A stretch of 4,668 bases of DNA from positions 1 to 4,668 of IMG/VR virus record IMGVR_UViG_3300012155_000088. One strand, 5' to 3'. Positions 1 to 4,668 of the stretch are shown in pieces. Below the pieces are notes generated by a model. That model had not been told where the DNA came from, did no database searches, and worked only from the letters and a program-made list of their open reading frames with translations. Position 1 is the stretch's first letter. Each line of letters starts with the position of its first letter. Position numbers and translations under genes: made by a program. This stretch comes from a virus. Taxonomy: Duplodnaviria > Heunggongvirae > Uroviricota > Caudoviricetes.

Positions 1-100
1 ACCCATCTTTACGCATTTGATCTGGAACAGGTTTAACAGCGGATTATCAGGTCATTAAGCAAATATAACGCCCTGAGAATTTCGACAGGCAAAAGAAAAA

Positions 101-123
101 GGGGTTAGCATTTAGCTAACCCC
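101..123 (-). terminator. Rho-independent terminator hairpin (9-bp stem GGGGTTAGC/GCTAACCCC, 5-nt loop) immediately 3' of the tRNA fragment; possibly bidirectional
   Basis: Seen in sequence: perfect 9-bp inverted repeat at 101-109 and 115-123. On the minus strand it is followed by TTTTTCTTTT (complement of 91-100); on the plus strand by TTATCTTATTT (124-134). It lies about 10 nt downstream of the tRNA CCA end. Terminator function is inferred from this structure. Confidence 0.55.
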
Positions 124-133
124 TTATCTTATT

Positions 134-193
134 TGGCGGAAGCGCAGAGATTCGAACTCTGGAACCCTTTCGAGTCGCCGGTTTTCAAGACCG
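134..193 (-). tRNA. serT: Partial tRNA-Ser(UGA): 3' 60 nt only (anticodon stem-loop, long variable arm, T arm, acceptor 3' strand, CCA); 5' half absent; likely att core copy at the element boundary
   Basis: Reverse complement of 134-193 reads CGGTCTTGAAAACCGGCGACTCGAAAGGGTTCCAGAGTTCGAATCTCTGCGCTTCCGCCA. It contains an anticodon loop CTTGAAA (anticodon UGA), a long class-II variable arm, a T-loop GTTCGAATC and a terminal CCA. From memory it matches the 3' part of E. coli serT with about one mismatch. Sequence beyond 193 (AAGAAAAATAAAG...) cannot form the D arm or acceptor 5' strand, so the gene is truncated. Confidence 0.8.
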
Positions 194-334
194 AAGAAAA
201 ATAAAGAAAAATCAGTGCAATACGCAAAATAGCTGAAAAGTTAATCAGACTTAACACCAAGAAAAATCAAGATATTAGGGAGCTATTCAGAGTTAATATA
301 CCAAGTCTTTTTGCCAGAAAATTTTCTGGATTGC
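194..334. promoter_or_regulatory. Putative att arm between the core and int: A-rich, with three direct copies of AAGAAAAAT and an IHF-consensus-like site
   Basis: Seen in sequence: AAGAAAAAT at 194-202, 204-212 and 259-267, the last two extended to AAGAAAAATCA. AATCAAGATATTA at 265-277 fits the IHF core consensus WATCAANNNNTTR. The region contains no ORF and sits where lambda-type arm sites would be. Int or IHF binding is inference only. Confidence 0.4.
314..329. repeat. Perfect 16-bp palindrome CCAGAAAATTTTCTGG, 5 bp downstream of the int stop codon
   Basis: Seen in sequence: the 16-mer equals its own reverse complement. It is not followed by a T-tract on either strand, so it is not a canonical intrinsic terminator. 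It may be a protein-binding site or an RNA hairpin at the int 3' end. Confidence 0.5.
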
Positions 335-1354
335 CTACTTACTGACCACAAGCGGCAAATCCAGTGTTGGGGTGATTTTGGTTTTACGATCGTAAATCAA
401 CACCTGATTTTCTGTTTTGTGTCCACTGAAAATTTGTTTGTCGCGACTGCTGCCTTCGTAATCTGAAATCCCTTTGGCTTTTATGTCATGGAAGTTGCAC
501 CCAAACGGAACGCCGGCTTTTTGCTCGGCTGCACGTTTAGCCTGATTCCACCAGTTGTTCAGCGTCTTGGCTATTACCTTCCCGCCTTTGGTTGTGTTGA
601 TCACATACTCGCATGTGCCGGAAGATACATTTCGGGCTAACTGGATCGCCGTACGTAATCGCGGAGACCATTCCTTGATTTGTTTAGTGCCGGTCTTGTT
701 TTGCTCAATGTAAATCCCTTTATCCATAATATCCTGCCATTTCAGCTCGAGTACATCACCGAGCCTTGCCGCACAAAGATAGGATATCTCCATTGCAATA
801 CGTAACTGTGGAATTGCTTCCGCATATATTGCAGCATACTGTTCATCGGTGATGTAAACAGTACGGGCTTTAAGTGTGAATTTTCTGACTCCTTTGCATG
901 GATTATTTTTCACATACCCACGCTCATATCCCCATCCGTATACACGGCTCAGACTTGCCAGTTCATGGTTTGCCTGGGTCTTGCTCTCAAGTCCTCGCTT
1001 ATCCATGAAAATTCTTACCTGTTCAATTTTTACATTATCAGCAAGCACTTTTCCGAATACTGCCAACAATACCCTTTGATGTTGCCGATAATCTTTTTGG
1101 GTTCGGGGGGCCAGTTCTGTAAATGCAGGGGAGTCCATAAACATGTGCCATAATTTAGCGACGGTCATTATGTTGTGGAGTTTTGCTTTTTCCAGCTCAT
1201 AATTTTGCCAGACTTTAGCTACGCTGGTTTCCCGCACTCTTCCGAGCCCTATAGTTCTTGTGCTTCCTTCGGGTTTCCATACGTAACTGTAACCATTCGA
1301 TCTAACACGCGGTGGTAGTGCATTATCTTTTTTGTTTTTTCTTGGTCTTCCCAT
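335..1354 (-). CDS. int: Tyrosine-type site-specific integrase, phage lambda Int family (339 aa)
   Basis: The N-terminus MGRPRKNKKDNALPPRVRSNGYSYVWKPEGSTRTIGLGRV parallels the lambda Int arm-binding domain (MGRRRSHERRDLPPNLYIRNNGYYCYRDPRTGKEFGLGRD, from memory). The catalytic-domain blocks AARLGDV (Arg I), YIEQNKTG (Lys), FHDIK (His), FSGHK (His II) and LIYDRK (Tyr nucleophile) are in lambda-like order. RBS GAGG sits 9 nt upstream of the ATG at 1354. The gene lies next to the tRNA-derived att site. Confidence 0.95.
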   Translation of the reverse strand: MGRPRKNKKDNALPPRVRSNGYSYVWKPEGSTRTIGLGRVRETSVAKVWQNYELEKAKLHNIMTVAKLWHMFMDSPAFTELAPRTQKDYRQHQRVLLAVFGKVLADNVKIEQVRIFMDKRGLESKTQANHELASLSRVYGWGYERGYVKNNPCKGVRKFTLKARTVYITDEQYAAIYAEAIPQLRIAMEISYLCAARLGDVLELKWQDIMDKGIYIEQNKTGTKQIKEWSPRLRTAIQLARNVSSGTCEYVINTTKGGKVIAKTLNNWWNQAKRAAEQKAGVPFGCNFHDIKAKGISDYEGSSRDKQIFSGHKTENQVLIYDRKTKITPTLDLPLVVSK

Positions 1355-1574
1355 TGTTCAGCGCCTCAAAATCGGGTTCAGCGGAAACCAGTTCAGGTGC
1401 TTTTGGCATCGTAGTCAGTCCGTGTGGAATATCCCTGCGAAGAACTATTGGTTCGTTTTTAGGACCGATTACAAATGGGATACCGTGCAGCCTTAACTGG
1501 TGTTGCTGTTTTGTGTATCGCTCGTATTTCGTGATCTCTTGAATCTCTGCTGGCGATAGAGTTAATTCGTACAT
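1323..1574 (-). CDS. xis: Excisionase (lambda Xis-like, 83 aa); its 3' end overlaps the int start by 32 nt
   Basis: Small basic protein immediately upstream of int and overlapping it, as in lambda xis-int. The N-terminus MYELTL resembles lambda Xis MYLTLQEW and the basic tail NNGKTKKKQKR resembles lambda RIRNGKKAKS (from memory). Only a weak AAGG lies about 12 nt upstream of the ATG. Confidence 0.8.
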   Translation of the reverse strand: MYELTLSPAEIQEITKYERYTKQQHQLRLHGIPFVIGPKNEPIVLRRDIPHGLTTMPKAPELVSAEPDFEALNNGKTKKKQKR

Positions 1575-1640
1575 GTGGTCACGTGCCTTACAGCATGACC
1601 GCCGCCAATATAATTCGGAGACGGCGATCAGGGTTGAACA

Positions 1641-4112
1641 TTAAAAATCAACCGGATTCGGGATCAGTTTTTGCCAGATAGCTGAAACGTATTTTGCCTG
1701 GTAACGAGCGTCATCAAGTGCATTGTGGCACTCACCTTCGAATGGAATATCCGTTATGGCATCGAAGTCTATGGCTTTCCCCAGCTCAACGATTGTGCGT
1801 ACATCGCGATCGTTGCAGTAGCGCCACGGGCAGGGGATACCCTGTCGTTCGTATGAACGGCGTAAAATCACGTTGTCGAAGTTGGCTCCATTCCCCCAGA
1901 CCTGGACAAAAAATTCACCGGAGTTTTCGTCGATAAATTCCCGCAATTGCAGTAGTGCATCATCTAACGGAATTTCATCGGTCAGAAGGGCAGATTGCGC
2001 CTCGCGTGATTGCTTGAGCCACCATTTTATGGTGTCACGATCAATGACTCCGCCAGTAGTTTCCAGATCGATGGTCTTGCTAAATTCCGGCCCCATATCT
2101 CCGGTTTGCGGATCGAAAAATATTGCACCTATTGAGATAATCGGGGCATCTGGATTTTTTCCCATGGTTTCAAGGTCGATCATTAGATGGTCACACGTCC
2201 CGCTGGTGGATGTGCTTTCATGATGACCGTTCACCTTAACTGAGTGATCTGTCGCCTCACCAGTTTCATTATCGCTGGCGTGGTCCTGAGCGCTGCCAGC
2301 ATTCTCCTTGTGTTGATGTTCAGCGCCTTCCATTTCCTCTGGATCATTTTCCTGAACTTCAACCTGATTCTCTTCATCGAATGTTTCCTGGTATGTTGCG
2401 TCGCCCATAACCGCGCCACAATCAGGGCAGTTGCCGCCACCGCTCTGACCGCAGGCGGTGCAGACTTTTTCCGGTTCCTGTTGCGCTACTGGCTCAGGTT
2501 GTTTCGTTTCTGGCTCGTTTTGTAACGCATTTTGGCTGTTTTGTTCCGCTTTCTGGTCGTTCTGTTCCGATTCTTGCTGGTTCTGGTTTACAGAATCGCG
2601 GGTTTCAATCCCCTTCACCCATTTCGGATCATTCGGGTCGCTAATCCCTGCAACAAATTCTCCGCGAGAGGCAGCAAGCAACTTATCGGCGTCAGGCTGG
2701 CTGATATTGGCTGCCTGCATAATTTTGTTTACTTCGTCAGCGGTAACTTTTACCGGCTCTGGTTGTGCGGTCGTGTCAGATGCACCAGTATTTTGTTGTG
2801 AACCTGAGTATGTACCGTTTTTGCGGGCGAAATATTCTTCTTTCGTGATTTCAGTAGCCCCGGCAGCCAGCGCCTTATCCAGACCAGAAAGTTTGTTTGC
2901 ACGACCATATTTTTCGCCATCCTTATCTGTGAAGAGGAAGTAGAACGGCCCCTCACGCTCTACAGATGGTTCGACTTCCACTTTGCATTCGGTTTTTTCG
3001 TTGTCCGGAATTGCCGTTTCCACTGCATCAGTTTCTGGTACTGGCGACGAGAGAGTATCAGTTGCGCTCTGATTTGTTCCTTCATCTTCAAACACGCCCT
3101 TTGTAGTCAGGTATTCAGTAATGTATTTGTTCAGTGCCACAGGGTCTTTGTGAATGTCGATCGGACGTTCACGGACAAGGCCAAAAATAGTCTGGCGGTC
3201 GTAGCGAAGGGCATCAGGCTGTTTGCGCATTGATGCCGAGATACGCTTCCAGTCTTCGCGGTCGTTGTCGATAACTTCATTTTTTGCCCAGCGATGGATG
3301 CTGCCGTCAATGTTTCCGGCATCAATGTCACCAGGCCACAGAGCGTAGGCCAGTTCATCATCCAGTGTTTTCCATGTCTGCTTGTATTCGCGACGAATGG
3401 TGGCAGTGGCTGGGGGGATTTTCGCTACTGAGTTTTCAGTGTTCTGCCGGTTGACTCTGGCGCGGGCAAGATCAACAACAGACGTGTATTTCCCGGTTTC
3501 TTTGCGTTCGGCTTCGCGACGTTTTTTCCAGGTGCGTAATTCTGTCTGGATCTCAGGCCATTTTGCACCCGGCTTACATTTATGTTTAACCCACCTGATG
3601 GCGAGCAGCTTAAGCTCTGAATACATGACGTTAACTTCAGGCATTTTCATCAATGCCTCAACGATATGCCCGTTGAATGTTGTCATGTCCTCCTGCAGTA
3701 ATTCCTGAGCACTAATCACCATATCAACGGTGATGTTTTCACATGTACCGAACTTAACCAGGACCGCGTTCTGTACTTCAAGGGACAGCTTGTCAAAATT
3801 GACGTTCATCGGATCGGATTCTGGTTCGACCGGAACAAAGGAAGCGCCTTCCTCATCCCAGCGGTTTTCCAGCATATATTCGGTATCCCAGGAGTCGATG
3901 GCAGGGCGGGGCATGCCGGGTTTATCCTCGCAAACAAGAAATTTATAAGCGCAGTCCTGAGCAGTCGGATATTGCTCCAGGAATTGCCAGGTAAATTTGG
4001 CACGGGCGCGGTGTTCGTCGCCGGCTTCAATGGCAGTGGCTACAGCGACTGCACCTTCTTCCTTTATTGCCTGTTCGTCCGGAATGGCGGCGCAAATAAA
4101 GACTTTACTCAT
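1641..4112 (-). CDS. Large modular prophage exonuclease (823 aa): unassigned N-terminal region, acidic Q/E/N-rich linker with Cys4 zinc ribbon (possibly RecE-like), C-terminal DnaQ-like DEDDh 3'-5' exonuclease domain
   Basis: Single uninterrupted 823-codon ORF with RBS GAGGT 8 nt upstream of the ATG at 4112. Exo I motif MIDLETMG (D646, E648), Exo II WGNGANFDNVIL (D746) and Exo III ECHNALDDARY (H796, D801) are seen directly, with spacing typical of DEDDh exonucleases. Zinc-ribbon motif CTACGQSGGGNCPDC at residues 551-565 (nt 2418-2462). The central segment DADKLLAASRGEFVAGISDPNDPKWVKGIETRD and the Cys4 block appear, from memory, to resemble the middle of E. coli Rac RecE. Confidence 0.85.
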   Translation of the reverse strand: MSKVFICAAIPDEQAIKEEGAVAVATAIEAGDEHRARAKFTWQFLEQYPTAQDCAYKFLVCEDKPGMPRPAIDSWDTEYMLENRWDEEGASFVPVEPESDPMNVNFDKLSLEVQNAVLVKFGTCENITVDMVISAQELLQEDMTTFNGHIVEALMKMPEVNVMYSELKLLAIRWVKHKCKPGAKWPEIQTELRTWKKRREAERKETGKYTSVVDLARARVNRQNTENSVAKIPPATATIRREYKQTWKTLDDELAYALWPGDIDAGNIDGSIHRWAKNEVIDNDREDWKRISASMRKQPDALRYDRQTIFGLVRERPIDIHKDPVALNKYITEYLTTKGVFEDEGTNQSATDTLSSPVPETDAVETAIPDNEKTECKVEVEPSVEREGPFYFLFTDKDGEKYGRANKLSGLDKALAAGATEITKEEYFARKNGTYSGSQQNTGASDTTAQPEPVKVTADEVNKIMQAANISQPDADKLLAASRGEFVAGISDPNDPKWVKGIETRDSVNQNQQESEQNDQKAEQNSQNALQNEPETKQPEPVAQQEPEKVCTACGQSGGGNCPDCGAVMGDATYQETFDEENQVEVQENDPEEMEGAEHQHKENAGSAQDHASDNETGEATDHSVKVNGHHESTSTSGTCDHLMIDLETMGKNPDAPIISIGAIFFDPQTGDMGPEFSKTIDLETTGGVIDRDTIKWWLKQSREAQSALLTDEIPLDDALLQLREFIDENSGEFFVQVWGNGANFDNVILRRSYERQGIPCPWRYCNDRDVRTIVELGKAIDFDAITDIPFEGECHNALDDARYQAKYVSAIWQKLIPNPVDF

Positions 4113-4192
4113 TTTGTTTTAACCTCATTACAGATTTAAGGGTGAACAAATCCCTGCCATTGCTGGCATCTAAAAATAAAACCGGATATTAA

Positions 4193-4396
4193 TTACGGTG
4201 CTGCTTTAAGTCCTGCCGGGATTTCGTTATTGTCCATGCGAATAACTTTATCAACCGGATAACAGTTGCCGGGAATTTTCTGTTCCGCTGCGGCAGCCAT
4301 GCATTCTTTCATTGAACCGTAAATGTCAATAACCAGGTCAACAGGCTCGCCCGTATTAAGAAAAACTGTCAGAGTGAGAGCAATTGCTGTATTCAT
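4193..4396 (-). CDS. Hypothetical small protein (67 aa from the ATG at 4396) with an N-terminal hydrophobic segment; translationally coupled to the upstream ORF
   Basis: The ATG at 4396-4394 overlaps the upstream ORF's TGA stop in an ATGA arrangement. AGGA lies 8 nt upstream of this ATG. The N-terminus MNTAIALTLTVFL is hydrophobic. A longer in-frame form starts at 4450 (85 aa; KR followed by a hydrophobic core, signal-peptide-like) but has a poor RBS and a 58-nt overlap with the upstream ORF. No recognisable family. Confidence 0.5.
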   Translation of the reverse strand: MNTAIALTLTVFLNTGEPVDLVIDIYGSMKECMAAAAEQKIPGNCYPVDKVIRMDNNEIPAGLKAAP

Positions 4397-4581
4397 TGCC
4401 AGCATCCTTTTTGCATCGGGCGTAAACGTGCCAGCATTGAAAGAATGCATATTTTATTTAATAGCTCCCGTTCGTGTTTTCTCTTATTAATGGCATCTTC
4501 AGTAAATGCAGGGTTACTGATTCTGACACCAATTTCAAAACAACCTTCAGACGTATTAACGTTTGGTAATAACGTTTCCAT
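4393..4581 (-). CDS. Hypothetical small protein (62 aa from the ATG at 4581); reading frame stays open to the window edge, so it may be 5'-truncated here
   Basis: Strong RBS GAGGA 7 nt upstream of the ATG at 4581. The stop overlaps the start of the downstream ORF. The same frame has no stop codon between 4582 and 4668, so the true start could lie beyond the window. No recognisable family. Confidence 0.5.
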   Translation of the reverse strand: METLLPNVNTSEGCFEIGVRISNPAFTEDAINKRKHERELLNKICILSMLARLRPMQKGCWQ

Positions 4582-4668
4582 TATCGCGTCCTCAACAATG
4601 AATTTTGTGATGCGGTGCCTGGTGCCTCCAGGTGACGTTAACCAGTTAACAATTAACGCCGGATACAG

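Larger units (their letters stand above)
134..4668. mobile_element. Integrase-proximal end of a lambdoid prophage or integrative element inserted at a tRNA-Ser gene; continues beyond the window end
   Basis: A truncated tRNA 3' copy (att core) is followed by an att arm, then int, xis and early-left-type accessory genes, all on the minus strand and reading toward the att site as in phage lambda. The host-like terminator lies on the other side of the tRNA fragment. Confidence 0.75.

Noticed and set aside
134-225. An intact tRNA-Ser gene
   Set aside because: Sequence 5' of the anticodon arm (194 onward on the plus strand) is A-rich and cannot form the D arm or the acceptor 5' strand; only the 3' 60 nt are tRNA-like.
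876-1153. Plus-strand ORFs 876..1079 (67 aa) and 965..1153 (62 aa)
   Set aside because: Both lie entirely inside the well-supported int gene on the opposite strand, have no RBS and give low-complexity hydrophobic translations; treated as antisense artefacts.
1312-1542. Plus-strand ORF 1312..1542 (76 aa)
   Set aside because: Antisense to xis and the int start; no RBS and no recognisable features. The minus-strand xis-int overlap explains this region.
2400-2600. CRISPR array or other structured tandem repeat
   Set aside because: The repeats are short, degenerate and in-frame within a coding low-complexity linker; there is no repeat-spacer periodicity.
1694-4030. Nested ORFs inside the 823-aa gene (plus: 1694..1936, 1873..2223, 2244..2525, 2458..2943, 2532..2801, 3382..3708, 3730..3948; minus, out of frame: 2231..2440, 2750..2956, 3131..3361, 3806..4030)
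   Set aside because: All are embedded in the long uninterrupted 1641..4112 ORF, which has a strong RBS and clear catalytic motifs. Their translations are Cys/Phe/Trp-rich or basic low-complexity sequence typical of off-frame reads.
1641-4112. Calling the 823-aa protein RecE / exodeoxyribonuclease VIII (5'-3' exonuclease)
   Set aside because: The central linker may be RecE-like, but the C-terminal catalytic domain shows DEDDh (DnaQ-like 3'-5') motifs rather than the PD-(D/E)XK-type nuclease of RecE/lambda Exo, and there is no adjacent RecT. A recE gene symbol is therefore not justified.
4113-4192. Promoter or terminator in the 80-bp gap upstream of the 823-aa gene
   Set aside because: Only a weak 4-bp inverted repeat (GCCA...TGGC) and no -35/-10 pair with acceptable spacing on the minus strand; expression is more likely driven by read-through from upstream.
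4193-4450. Long 85-aa form of the small ORF starting at the ATG at 4450
   Set aside because: It overlaps the upstream ORF by 58 nt and its nearest SD-like sequence is about 14 nt from the ATG, whereas the internal ATG at 4396 has AGGA at 8 nt and ATGA coupling. Kept as an alternative because the long form has a signal-peptide-like N-terminus.

Overview
This window spans the junction between a host-like tRNA-Ser(UGA) locus and the integrase-proximal end of a lambdoid prophage or integrative element. Positions 1-133 look like host flank and end in a hairpin terminator. Positions 134-193 are a 60-nt 3' fragment of a class-II tRNA-Ser on the minus strand, running from the anticodon arm to CCA with the 5' half missing, as expected for a displaced att core copy. 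From 194 onward all genes are on the minus strand: an A-rich att arm (194-334), a lambda-Int-family tyrosine integrase (335-1354), an overlapping lambda-Xis-like excisionase (1323-1574), an 823-aa modular protein (1641-4112), and two small translationally coupled ORFs (4193-4396, 4393-4581). The most interesting object is the 823-aa protein. It carries a C-terminal DnaQ-like DEDDh 3'-5' exonuclease domain, a Cys4 zinc-ribbon in an acidic Q/E/N-rich linker that (from memory, unverified) resembles the central region of Rac RecE, and an about 470-aa N-terminal region I cannot assign. No RecT/Bet-like annealase gene lies between it and xis. All homology statements come from reading motifs and from memory; no database search was run.
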